A stretch of DNA of 64,000 nt from a virus: positions 4,486-68,485 of the IMG/VR virus record IMGVR_UViG_3300036864_000176. One strand, 5' to 3'. The notes under the pieces are model-generated. The model was given only the letters and a program-made list of their open reading frames with translations, was not told where the DNA came from and did not search any database. Made by a program: the position numbers and the translations under genes. Shown here piece after piece: positions 1 to 8,297 of the stretch (positions within the stretch are counted from its first letter, which is position 1; each line of letters starts with the position of its first letter).

Positions 1-190
1 AAGCGGTGAGGACGCCGGTCGTGGTGTCGAGCCGCCAGGCGATCGCCGGGATGCCGACACTCGGCACGGCGGCGGCGAGCTGGAAGCGCCCGCTGCCGGT
101 GGCCTGCTGCGCGTCGAGCTTCGCCGCGGGGACCGTACTCCACGCCCAAAGCACCGCCGCGGCGGCGAGGACGATTCCCACGGTTCGCAT
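1..190 (-). CDS. Putative secreted/membrane small protein (runs off window edge)
   Basis: Read by hand from ATG 190: MRTVGIVLAAAAVLWAWSTVPAAKLDAQQ...GRFQL...WRLDTTTG; signal-peptide-like N-terminus; GGAGGAG upstream. Confidence 0.6.
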   Translation of the reverse strand, partial: MRTVGIVLAAAAVLWAWSTVPAAKLDAQQATGSGRFQLAAAVPSVGIPAIAWRLDTTTGVLTA

Positions 191-198
191 GACCACGG

Positions 199-420
199 CT
201 ACTCCTCCTCCCAGTACGGCTCGTCGAGGTCGCGGTAGTCGCCTTGCCCTTCGGCGCGATACCCGCAGGCATCGCGGTAGCCGCTGATGGCGCAGTCCCG
301 GCACATCACGCCGGCATACACGCCGTAGCTGTACTGCTCGTCGATATCCTGTTTCGCCTTGCCGCATCGAGGACACACGCCGCTGTCGAGCACGTCCCGC
401 AGGTAATCGCCTCTCGCCAT
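199..420 (-). CDS. Small Cys-rich (CxxC...CxxC) hypothetical protein
   Basis: ATG 420 preceded by GGAGAGGAG; CPRC and CRDC motifs. Confidence 0.65.
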   Translation of the reverse strand: MARGDYLRDVLDSGVCPRCGKAKQDIDEQYSYGVYAGVMCRDCAISGYRDACGYRAEGQGDYRDLDEPYWEEE

Positions 421-502
421 GACCGCTCTCCTCTCCTGCTGCTGAGTTGTATACTTGGTATCCACTTCCGCCCCGTCGCCTGCGATCTGAATCACACACC
501 AA

Positions 503-1072
503 TTACCCGAGATGCTTCCACGTCCGCCGGTGAACGATGTGATTGACGGTCGGGGCCGGCACCCCGAATCGTCGTGCGAGCTCCGCCTGCTTCACGCCGA
601 TCGCGGCCAGCTCGCGGATCGCCCGCACCTGGTCGTCGTCGAGCCGCGCCCGCCCGTTGCGGCTGCCTCGGGTCTTGCCCGCGGCCGCGGCATCGCGCAT
701 GTTGTCGAACGCACTGCCGGCGTAGAGGTGGGCCGGGTTGATGCACCGCCGCACGTCGCACCGATGGCATACCAGCGTGCCGGCCGGGATCGCGCCGGAG
801 GTCAGCTCGTAGGCGAGCCGATGCGCGCGAGTCCAGCGGCCGCGCCAGGTGAACACCCCGTAACCGGACGGGCTGAGATGCCCGCGCCAGAGCCAGCACC
901 CCGCCTTCGTCTTCCGCGCCAGCGCCCAGAACCGCGCGATCGTCTGCTCGGTCGTCTGGTCGCGGTCGTAGCCGCGCCAGCACTTCCACGAGCAGAAGCG
1001 CCGGCCGCGCTCGAGGTCACGGGGCCAAGCCAAGAACGACACGGCGCACCGCTCGCATGTCAACGACAGCAT
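503..1072 (-). CDS. HNH homing endonuclease with N-terminal Cys motif and C-terminal HTH
   Basis: RFW..GCWLW..GYG..AHR..VCHRCD..CINPAHL..N motif; NGRARL...QAELARRFGV HTH. Confidence 0.92.
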   Translation of the reverse strand: MLSLTCERCAVSFLAWPRDLERGRRFCSWKCWRGYDRDQTTEQTIARFWALARKTKAGCWLWRGHLSPSGYGVFTWRGRWTRAHRLAYELTSGAIPAGTLVCHRCDVRRCINPAHLYAGSAFDNMRDAAAAGKTRGSRNGRARLDDDQVRAIRELAAIGVKQAELARRFGVPAPTVNHIVHRRTWKHLG

Positions 1073-1106
1073 GGCTCGACCAGCTAAACACAGTCAGCCA
1101 CTCGGC

Positions 1107-1185
1107 TGTCAAGGCACGGGAGTGGGGTGTACTTCTGCGAACAGGGGTGTACTCCTGAGTACAGTCACGATTCGTGGGGTTGACA
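1107..1185. promoter_or_regulatory. Divergent promoter region with tandem operator-like repeats
   Basis: TTGACA on - (1112-1107) and + (1180-1185) flank GGGGTGTACTYCTG x2 (1124-1137, 1144-1157); coding strand switches here. Confidence 0.55.
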
Positions 1186-1478
1186 GATGAGTCGTCGGCG
1201 TGGTTGCGGTCGGGCTTTGCGGCGTAAAGCTCGGCCGGCCGATTCCGTCCTATCCCAGGATGAGAACGAGCGCGACGAGCTCGCGGCGCTGGCGGCGGCG
1301 CGCGCGGCGCTCGCCCTGGCGCGCGGCGGGTCCGTCTCGTTCGCGCACGGTTGATTGTCCGCAGAACGGCCCCGCCCCCGGCCCCGGCGCCGCGTGGGAT
1401 CTACCGATTCATTTTTTCTTAAAAAATTTTGTGGTATTCTCTGTGCCTGGTCGTTAGCTCAGCAGAAGGATGGTTGAC

Positions 1479-1760
1479 ATGTTCGTGCTCATCTTTGCGT
1501 ATCTCATCGGGGCGTGGGTGGTGGTGCTCGTGCTGGGGATGCCGGTGCTGGCGGTCGTCGCGCTGACGCGGCAGGTGCGGGCGTGGATGTGGCCGGAGAT
1601 ACCGGAGGGGCCGAAGCCGCCACCGACACCGGCCGAATTAGCGGAGGCAGCACGGCAACGGCGACTCAGCGGAAGGCTGGGGCCGTACTGGGCGGCGGTG
1701 GAGCGACAGGAGGCGCGGGAGGCGGCCGAATGGCGGGCCAAGATTCTGGGGAGACCATGA
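1479..1760 (+). CDS. Small membrane protein
   Basis: Hydrophobic N-terminal stretch; ATGA overlap with next gene. Confidence 0.6.
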   Translation: MFVLIFAYLIGAWVVVLVLGMPVLAVVALTRQVRAWMWPEIPEGPKPPPTPAELAEAARQRRLSGRLGPYWAAVERQEAREAAEWRAKILGRP

Positions 1761-2077
1761 CGCGACCAGGCGATGATCGGCGCAGCGGGACGGAGCGGCG
1801 GTCGGCGTTTCGGGAGGCGTGGGCGCACCTCAAGCTCGGCCAGACCACGGCCGACCGACTGGTCGGCGACTTCATCCCGTTTCTCGAAGCCATCGTGCAG
1901 GAGGGCGGCGCGAACAGCCACGCCTGGCTCATGGCGCACGCCACGACGCACTTGGCGACGCTGCGGGCGTACCGGGAACGCGACCAGCCGCGGCCGGCGC
2001 TCTGTCCGGACTGCGACCACGGCATCGCGGGCGGGCAGCCGTGCCGGACGTGCGGCGGGAGCGGGTATCGGCCATGA
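1757..2077 (+). CDS. Hypothetical protein with C-terminal DnaJ-type zinc finger
   Basis: MTRPGDDRRSGTERRS...CPDC..CRTCGGSG; ATGA coupling on both sides. Confidence 0.65.
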   Translation: MTRPGDDRRSGTERRSAFREAWAHLKLGQTTADRLVGDFIPFLEAIVQEGGANSHAWLMAHATTHLATLRAYRERDQPRPALCPDCDHGIAGGQPCRTCGGSGYRP

Positions 2078-2322
2078 GGCGCAGCGTGGCCATGCTCGCA
2101 TCGGTCGTCATCGCCGCCTTGCCCGGCGCCTGCAACGAATGCCCACCGGGGACCGAATTCCGGACGCTCTGGGTAACGACGCTACCCGTGGCCTGCGAGC
2201 TCACGGTCGTGCGTGAGGGCGGGAACGTGAGCTACAGCACGATGTGCGGCGCCCCGGCGTTTCGGTCTGTGAATGTGTGCGTGGTGAAGCCGCCGGAGAA
2301 ACCGGAACCAGCGCAGCGATGA
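2074..2322 (+). CDS. Possible small lipoprotein/secreted protein
   Basis: MRRSVAMLASVVIAALPGAC signal with lipobox-like Cys; ATGA coupling. Confidence 0.5.
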   Translation: MRRSVAMLASVVIAALPGACNECPPGTEFRTLWVTTLPVACELTVVREGGNVSYSTMCGAPAFRSVNVCVVKPPEKPEPAQR

Positions 2323-2534
2323 CGCCCTACCCCCACACAATAAAGGACGGCGACAGCTACCGGCTCTGCTGCAATTCGTGTGGTCAGTCGGTGTCGACAC
2401 CGTTCTACCCGGTCAAGACCGACACCCCCGACGGCGGCCTGATCGTGCGGGCGTTCATCCAGTGCCCCGAATGCCTGGAGCGGAGCCGGGCGCCGGTCGC
2501 GGAGCGCACGCTGCCACCGGATCGCCGACAATGA
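2319..2534 (+). CDS. Small zinc-ribbon protein
   Basis: CNSC...CPEC; ATGA coupling. Confidence 0.6.
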   Translation: MTPYPHTIKDGDSYRLCCNSCGQSVSTPFYPVKTDTPDGGLIVRAFIQCPECLERSRAPVAERTLPPDRRQ

Positions 2535-2615
2535 CCGGATGGACATTCTCGGCGCCCTCGTCAGCCTGGTCGCGGCCCTCTGGCTCATCATCTGCCGCGG
2601 GAATGTGAGGAACTG

Positions 2616-2771
2616 ATGGCGAAAATCAAGGCCAAAGCGAAGAAGACCAAGAAGCGAAATCCTCAAGACGCCACACGCGTGAACGTCCAGGCGGCGAACA
2701 AGCGCCTGGCCGCGCTCGAGCAGCGGGTCGCTACGCTCGAGGCCGAAGTGCTGCCGCCCGAGCAGGACTGA
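2616..2771 (+). CDS. Small basic coiled-coil protein
   Basis: Read by hand: MAKIKAKAKKTKKRNPQDATRVNV...RLAALEQRVATLE; GAGG upstream, TGATG overlap. Confidence 0.6.
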   Translation: MAKIKAKAKKTKKRNPQDATRVNVQAANKRLAALEQRVATLEAEVLPPEQD

Positions 2772-2778
2772 TGCCGCC

Positions 2779-2982
2779 GTGACCTCGCAGGACATCAGCG
2801 AATCCGTGCTCTATGTCTGTTGCGCGCTGGCCGCGATCGGGATGATCTGCTGCGAGGTCGTGAAGAATCAGCAGGAAGCCGTCACCGAGCGCCTGGCGAT
2901 CGAGAAGGGCTACTGCCGGGAGACCAGCTTCGGCCAGTGGAAACCCTGCCCGCCGCCGCCAGAGGCCGAGAAAGGGAAGTGA
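2779..2982 (+). CDS. Small membrane-anchored hypothetical protein
   Basis: Hydrophobic N-terminus; fits the gene tiling. Confidence 0.5.
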   Translation: MTSQDISESVLYVCCALAAIGMICCEVVKNQQEAVTERLAIEKGYCRETSFGQWKPCPPPPEAEKGK

Positions 2983-2983
2983 C

Positions 2984-3229
2984 ATGATCCGCGTCGGGGT
3001 CTACCGCAAGAAGGATACGGTCACCGCCGAACGGCCGCAGGGCTTCCTCTACCTCCTGCTGACGCTCTCGCGCAATCACTACACCAGCGAGGAAAGCGTC
3101 ATCTACGTGCCGCTGCGGGTCGAACCGGAGTGGACCGGCCCGCGCGTCTGCGATATCCCGCGCGGCGACTGGGACCGGAAATTCGAGTACGTCGGCGAAG
3201 GGCTGCCGACACCGGTGGGACGGCAATGA
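2984..3229 (+). CDS. DUF1653-like SH3-fold protein
   Basis: GVYR...Y...SRNHYTSEESVIY.PL...P...W..KF resembles the DUF1653 pattern. Confidence 0.55.
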   Translation: MIRVGVYRKKDTVTAERPQGFLYLLLTLSRNHYTSEESVIYVPLRVEPEWTGPRVCDIPRGDWDRKFEYVGEGLPTPVGRQ

Positions 3230-3372
3230 CGATTCCCTGGAAGACGATCGCGACCTACGCGGTGAAGCTGGCGATCTGGGCCTCTGATCATCCGGATTCA
3301 GTGATTCAGATCGTGCAGGAACTCCGGCCCAAGCCGGTCGAACCGGTCAGAAAGCCCACACCGCCAGCGTGA
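3226..3372 (+). CDS. Small hypothetical protein
   Basis: MTIPWKTIATYAVKLAIWASDHP; ATGA overlap. Confidence 0.55.
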   Translation: MTIPWKTIATYAVKLAIWASDHPDSVIQIVQELRPKPVEPVRKPTPPA

Positions 3373-3373
3373 G

Positions 3374-3637
3374 ATGGCGCCGACCTTCAACCCCAACCCC
3401 CCACCGAAAGACCCGGTCCGCCTCTCGGCCGCGCTCCGCACCGCCCTCATCGCCCACCGCCACCAGACGCGGCAGCTCTACAAGGATCTCGCGGTGGCGA
3501 TCGGGATCAGCCCGTCGATGCTGAGCCAGCTGCTGCACGGCAAGATCGTGCCGAAGGGGGATCCGCGGCTGGCGGCGATCGGACAGTACGTACAGGGGCA
3601 GGGGATTGACGTCATGGAGTGGGAGGAGCCCGCCTAA
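3374..3637 (+). CDS. XRE/Cro-like helix-turn-helix protein
   Basis: YKDLAVAIGISPSMLSQLLHGK. Confidence 0.8.
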   Translation: MAPTFNPNPPPKDPVRLSAALRTALIAHRHQTRQLYKDLAVAIGISPSMLSQLLHGKIVPKGDPRLAAIGQYVQGQGIDVMEWEEPA

Positions 3638-3752
3638 GTGACACAATTCGAGGTTGTGACAGGTTGATACACTTTCGTGCGATCCGACCAAAACCCCGTA
3701 TTTCGACACCGAATCCCCCCGCTAGACAGCCCGGCCGACACGAATTCGCGGC

Positions 3753-3780
3753 TTACGGCAAATCTTCGCGTTGGTATAAT
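3753..3780 (+). promoter_or_regulatory. Sigma70-type extended -10 promoter
   Basis: TGG-TATAAT (3772-3780), TTACGG at 3753-3758. Confidence 0.75.
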
Positions 3781-3787
3781 CCGCCCT

Positions 3788-4148
3788 GGCGGGACGCGCC
3801 CGGCGGCCGGCGGGAAACCCACCAGGTCAAAGGGCGAGCGGCGATGCCGGCTGAGACCGCTCCACCACGTTCCGCCATTCGCGATCGCTTCGCTAGTGCG
3901 CGCCCGGCGGGATTCCGCACCACCCCCGCTGGGACAGCGTGTCCCGTTTCGGCACATGCAGCCAGCCGAGCCGCAGCCGATAAGTCTGCTGACAGAGCCG
4001 TAGGATTTCTGCTGCGTGGGCTGGGGACGCACTCGTAGTGGGTGGTGTGGCGGCTCTGTCGATTTCCCTTCAACAATGCCTGAGTCGGTCGGTGCCTGCG
4101 GTCCAGATGTGACCGGGGTGGCCGGCGGCTCGTTTACATAGCTTTTTC
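3788..4148 (+). ncRNA. Candidate large structured non-coding RNA of unknown class
   Basis: Many nested stems and an 11-bp pseudoknot; first stem starts at the predicted +1; no credible ORF. Confidence 0.65.
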
Positions 4149-4149
4149 T

Positions 4150-4668
4150 ATGCTTCAGATCGATCGCCTCACGCCCGGGATGGTCCTGCTCTACAAGCCC
4201 ACCAGCGCCTTCGGCAAGCTCATCGTGTTCCACACCGGCGGGCCGTGCAGCCACGCCGAGCTCTACATCGGGGACGGCACTTCGCTGGCCTCGCGTGACG
4301 GTGAAGGCACCGGCCGCTACCCGCTGCGAACGACCGATCTCGGCTGGGTGCTCCGGCCGATGACTGCGTTCGATCAGCCGAAGGCGCTGGCGTGGTTCAC
4401 CGCCCAGGCGCACCAGAAGTACGGCTGGAGCGATTTGCTGCAGTTCTGCGGCTACCCGGTCAACGGCGACGGCGTGGTCTGCTCGCCGTTTGTCGTCTAC
4501 GCCCTGCGGGCCGGCGGTGTGCATGTCTTCAAGGACATTGCCCCGGAGCGGATTGCGCCCAATGACCTGCTGCTCTCCGAGTACCTCGAGGACGTGACGA
4601 CCTGGGTCTGTGGCGTGGTGGGCCCGTCCCGGGTGGGCGCATCGGTCGGGCTGCCGGTATCCGCCTGA
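4150..4668 (+). CDS. Permuted papain-like (YiiX/YaeF-type NlpC/P60) enzyme
   Basis: PGMVLL..SHAELYIG (His first)...Y...VVCSPFV (Cys last)...IAPNDL. Confidence 0.85.
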   Translation: MLQIDRLTPGMVLLYKPTSAFGKLIVFHTGGPCSHAELYIGDGTSLASRDGEGTGRYPLRTTDLGWVLRPMTAFDQPKALAWFTAQAHQKYGWSDLLQFCGYPVNGDGVVCSPFVVYALRAGGVHVFKDIAPERIAPNDLLLSEYLEDVTTWVCGVVGPSRVGASVGLPVSA

Positions 4669-4787
4669 GATGCCGACGACGACCATCTGCCGCCCGATCG
4701 CCCCCTCGACGTGGGAGTACCTCCGGCGGCTTGAGGAAATCGTCCGCCGCCCTGAAGCCTGGCGCACGGCCGCAGTAGAATCGCCGC

Positions 4788-5156
4788 GTGAAGCTGCTCG
4801 ACCGGTTCGCGCTGAAGACGACCGCGGGGATGGTGTGGTTGCTCGTGCGCGAACTCCGCCGCCTCACCCACGCCATCGAGGTGGGAGTCGATAGTTTCCG
4901 AACCGTCCACGGCCATCAGCCGGCCTTCGATGGGTTCAAACCGGTGTCTGAGTACGATGTAGACGCCGGTCGAACCGTTCCCCACTTTGAAAGCGACGCC
5001 CCGGACTACTTGCGGCTGGACATCATCGAGTGCCTGTGCCGCGAGCACCACATCCCGGTCGAGGACAGCACGAACCTGCTGGACATCGCCAGAGCTCAAC
5101 ACTGGATTGATGAGTCAGGGGATCTCGTCGTCATGCCGAAGGACTACCTGACCTAG
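4788..5156 (+). CDS. Hypothetical protein
   Basis: Clean ORF; TAGAAT 6 nt before GTG. Confidence 0.65.
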   Translation: MKLLDRFALKTTAGMVWLLVRELRRLTHAIEVGVDSFRTVHGHQPAFDGFKPVSEYDVDAGRTVPHFESDAPDYLRLDIIECLCREHHIPVEDSTNLLDIARAQHWIDESGDLVVMPKDYLT

Positions 5157-5637
5157 CCGCCTGCCGCCATCGTCGTTTGGCGGCGGCATCGATCGCTCGT
5201 TGAAGCTGGCGGCATCGGGCGCAGAGTCGCACACGACGTACCGGTTTCCCTTGTGATCGGAACTCACAGATAACGATGTTGTCCGGTGTGAGCTGGTGCC
5301 CGTAGCGGCAGTGCGTACGGACTGTGGCCCGCCGATTCTGAATCTGCTCGCGCCGAGTTGCCCACCTGACGTTCCCCGGTTCGTAGTTCCCATTGTTGTT
5401 CGGCCAGCGATCCAAGGTGTGCTTGGCAGACGGCCGCTTGCCGACGTAAGCGAAAAACACAACAAAACTGGCATCCCATGCCGGCCACATCCGGACGCCG
5501 CGGCCACCGTAGTACTTCCAGCTTGCGTTCTTCGGGTTGTTGCACCGAGACTTGGCGCAGATCCACGCCGCGTACTCAGGCGTTCGGCTCATCCCGTGGA
5601 TCGGATGCGATTTGGCGGGTACAGTAAGCGGAGACAT
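5131..5637 (-). CDS. HNH-type homing endonuclease (YGGRG family) with C-terminal Cys/His finger
   Basis: HGMSRTPEY..W...RC.NP....YYGGRG...HTLDR..NNGNYEPGNVRWAT; THCRYGH...CARC; AAGGAG before ATG 5637. Confidence 0.9.
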   Translation of the reverse strand: MSPLTVPAKSHPIHGMSRTPEYAAWICAKSRCNNPKNASWKYYGGRGVRMWPAWDASFVVFFAYVGKRPSAKHTLDRWPNNNGNYEPGNVRWATRREQIQNRRATVRTHCRYGHQLTPDNIVICEFRSQGKPVRRVRLCARCRQLQRAIDAAAKRRWRQAARSGSPSA

Positions 5638-5710
5638 CGGAAGTTCACTCCTTTCGATGATCGAGGCGGGCCGCCACGGATTTGCACTCCGTCCGGCCTG
5701 CCGTATTCTA
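5635..5710 (-). promoter_or_regulatory. HNH leader A: -10 box, hairpin, RBS-sequestering hairpin
   Basis: TAGAAT; stem with GTGCAAA loop; CATCG-AAAGGAG...-CGATG pairing. Confidence 0.65.
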
Positions 5711-5717
5711 TCGCACG

Positions 5718-6608
5718 ATGAACGAGCCGCTGCCGCCACCCTGCCCGCCGCCCCTGAAGTTCGTCCACGTCACGGCGAAGCGCTTCCCCACCGAACAAGC
5801 GCTGGCCGCCGGAGAGGCGCTGCTCAATCGGCGCCAGCTCGGGCAGCGCGGCAAGGACTGTCCGCAGCCGATCTCGCGCCCCAACGCCGTCGCCGCACTG
5901 ACGCCGGCCGAAGAAGCGCAGTTCGCCGCCTTCGAAGTGGAACTCGGTGGCCGGCTCCAGCTCGCCGCCCTGCTCGCCGCCGCCGATCTGCCCGAGCGCG
6001 ATCAGCGGCTCGCCGCGCTGCTGGTCGATCCGGCCAACGACGGCACCAGCCTCGCCAAGCTCTGTGCGTGGTCGCGGATCTCGCTCCGGCGCCTGCTCGA
6101 TTTCGTCAAGGATGCGGCGCTCGTCAAGGGCCAGATCAAGGCGCTGGTCGCGGTGGGCGAGCGGCTGCCGGATGTGGCCGTCGGCTTGATGACTGACGCC
6201 ATTCCCGGCGATCGGACCTGCCCGGTCTGCAAAGGGCTGCGGCAGCTGCTCGACGATCCGACGCCGCAGGAGCCCTCACCTGTCCCGCGGATCTGCAAGA
6301 CCTGCGACGGCACCGGGACCGTGCCGTATCATCCCGAGACTGAGCTGCGGAAGGTGGCGCTCCAGATCGGGAAGCTGCTCGACAAACCCGGCAACACGAA
6401 CAATGTCTACGTCGCGCAGAAGTTCGGCGCCGGCACCGTGCAGCCCTTCAGCCAGGTGGTCGGCGAGCTGGACGGGGTACTCGACGCCCACCTGCGGGAT
6501 CGGTTCGGCCGCCGCGTCACCCCGCCGATCGAAGGAGAAGCCACCGATGGATCGATCCAATCCGGCGACCGACCACCCGACGCCCCCGACGGACCCGACG
6601 CCGCCTGA
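5718..6608 (+). CDS. Putative terminase small subunit-like protein with inserted DnaJ-type zinc finger
   Basis: Upstream of TerL; helical with HTH-like SLAKLCAWSRIS; CPVCKG..CKTCDGTG; TTGCAC-17-TATTCT promoter. Confidence 0.5.
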   Translation: MNEPLPPPCPPPLKFVHVTAKRFPTEQALAAGEALLNRRQLGQRGKDCPQPISRPNAVAALTPAEEAQFAAFEVELGGRLQLAALLAAADLPERDQRLAALLVDPANDGTSLAKLCAWSRISLRRLLDFVKDAALVKGQIKALVAVGERLPDVAVGLMTDAIPGDRTCPVCKGLRQLLDDPTPQEPSPVPRICKTCDGTGTVPYHPETELRKVALQIGKLLDKPGNTNNVYVAQKFGAGTVQPFSQVVGELDGVLDAHLRDRFGRRVTPPIEGEATDGSIQSGDRPPDAPDGPDAA

Positions 6609-7008
6609 CGATCACCGGCCGCGGCTGACGGCGGTCTACGACAACACCTGGCAGCGGCAGATTCGGCCGGGCACCTGTGTCGTGCACATCATTCCGGTCC
6701 ACGATCTGCGGCCGCACCGGGCCGGGGTCGATTGCGAGTGCCAGCCGCAGCCGATCGTGTCGCCGTTCGGCTACGCGCGTGGCCCGGTCCTGCTCCACAG
6801 TGCGTGGGACTGCCGCGAGCACCTGGCCCCGGACGAGCACGCCGAGCAGGTGACTGACGTGCTGATGCCGCACGCGGAGGAAGACGCGGCGGCCGACGAC
6901 GACGCTAACGATGAGAATGATTTGAGTGGCGTCGATGACGACGACGATGACGACGATGACGAAGACGACTACTACGACGATCTCGATGATCTCGACGGCG
7001 ACGACTGA
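6547..7008 (+). CDS. His/Cys metal-binding phage protein with poly-Asp tail
   Basis: HIIPVHDLRPH...CECQP...LLHSAWDCRE, then a ~45-residue Asp/Glu-rich tail. Confidence 0.7.
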   Translation: MDRSNPATDHPTPPTDPTPPDDHRPRLTAVYDNTWQRQIRPGTCVVHIIPVHDLRPHRAGVDCECQPQPIVSPFGYARGPVLLHSAWDCREHLAPDEHAEQVTDVLMPHAEEDAAADDDANDENDLSGVDDDDDDDDDEDDYYDDLDDLDGDD

Positions 7009-7031
7009 TCCGACTATCTAGGAGGAATAAG

Positions 7032-8297
7032 ATTTATTCCCAGGCCGTCATCGATCACTCGCGCGCGAACCTCGAGTCAGCCTGGGCGCACGTCTTCCCG
7101 CAGGGACTGCTCGACATCCCGCCCGGCGACATTCCTGGCTGGCGCCGCCGCCTCAGTGACGTCTTCGACGAACAGGGCCGGCAGCTGCGCGGGCTCACCG
7201 CCGAGGAGCAGTACTTCGTCCACAGTGAGCAGGCCCGCTCGCGCATCGACTATCCGTACTGGGCCGAGCGCTACTCCACGATCAACCTGGAAGCCTCCAC
7301 CATCGGGCCGCTCTATCCGCTGTGGGAGTCGCAGCGGCTGATCCTCCGCGAGATCGGGCGCATTCAGCAGGAGCGGCTCGACACTGACTATCCCGACGGT
7401 GTGCTGGTCAACATCCTCAAGGCGCGGCAGCTCGGTGCCTCGACGCTCTGTTCGTCCATCCTCTGCCACCGCACGACGACGCGCGCGCACACCTTCGGCC
7501 TGCTCGCCAGTGACGTCCCCGACAACTCGGCGTTCCTGTACGACATGTACGAGCGCCAGCTCGATCACCTGCCCTGGTGGATGCTGCCCAGTGTTGTGGA
7601 GCGGGTGAAGAACGACGAGATCGTGTTCGACACCGACAGTCGGCTCTTCGTCAGCGCGAGCAAGTCGACGCGCGGCGCCGACAAGCTGCGGCGCGACTCG
7701 GTCGACGGCAAGAAAGGGCAGCTCGGGCGCGGCCGCACGATCGCGGTGTTCCACCTCTCCGAGATTGCGACGTGGACGAACCCGCGGCAGATCGACACGT
7801 CGTTCATGCCGACGGTGCCGTACTCGCCCGTCGTCTGCGGCGCGAAGGAATCGACCGCGCAGGGCTGGGGGCCGAACAACTGGTGGTATCAAGACTGGCA
7901 ACAAGCGAAGTCTGGAAAAGGAAGATTCTCCGCGGTATTTATTCCGTGGTACGCAGAGCAGAGCAAGTACCGACTGCCCGCACCGCTGTCATGGTCACCG
8001 TCACCTGATACGCTGGCACACGCCCGCCGCGCTGAAGAGTACGGTCCCCGGTGGATGCATCGTTCCGTTCAACTCACCCGGGACCAGTTGTACTTCTACG
8101 AACAGGCACGCGCGGCGGCGGAAGCCAAAGACATGCTGGCCGAGTTCCTTCAAGAAATGCCTGCCGATGATGAAGAGGCATTCCAAATGAGCGGTCGATC
8201 GATCTTCACGGTCGGTGTTATCGAGCGGATAAAGAACCAAGCCAGACCGTTGTGTGGAATGGTCGAGATACGACCTAATCGTCAAATGGGTGTCTGA
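7032..8297 (+). CDS. terL: Terminase large subunit, ATPase (N-terminal) part; probable ATT start
   Basis: ILKARQLGAST Walker A, VFHLSE Walker B, ESTAQG, FIPWY, QEMP..EEAF; frame open from 6990; GGAGG 6 nt before ATT 7032. Confidence 0.9.
   Translation: MYSQAVIDHSRANLESAWAHVFPQGLLDIPPGDIPGWRRRLSDVFDEQGRQLRGLTAEEQYFVHSEQARSRIDYPYWAERYSTINLEASTIGPLYPLWESQRLILREIGRIQQERLDTDYPDGVLVNILKARQLGASTLCSSILCHRTTTRAHTFGLLASDVPDNSAFLYDMYERQLDHLPWWMLPSVVERVKNDEIVFDTDSRLFVSASKSTRGADKLRRDSVDGKKGQLGRGRTIAVFHLSEIATWTNPRQIDTSFMPTVPYSPVVCGAKESTAQGWGPNNWWYQDWQQAKSGKGRFSAVFIPWYAEQSKYRLPAPLSWSPSPDTLAHARRAEEYGPRWMHRSVQLTRDQLYFYEQARAAAEAKDMLAEFLQEMPADDEEAFQMSGRSIFTVGVIERIKNQARPLCGMVEIRPNRQMGV

Noticed and set aside
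3853-3877. CTCCACCA and TTCCGCCA suggesting a tRNA or permuted tmRNA 3' end
   Set aside because: No T-loop (TTCRA), no D or anticodon arm and no tag frame found; kept only as part of the unclassified RNA
3896-4060. GTGCG and GAGCCG...CGGCTC resembling group II intron 5' end and domain V
   Set aside because: Enclosed segment too long for domain V, no domain VI, and no interrupted gene
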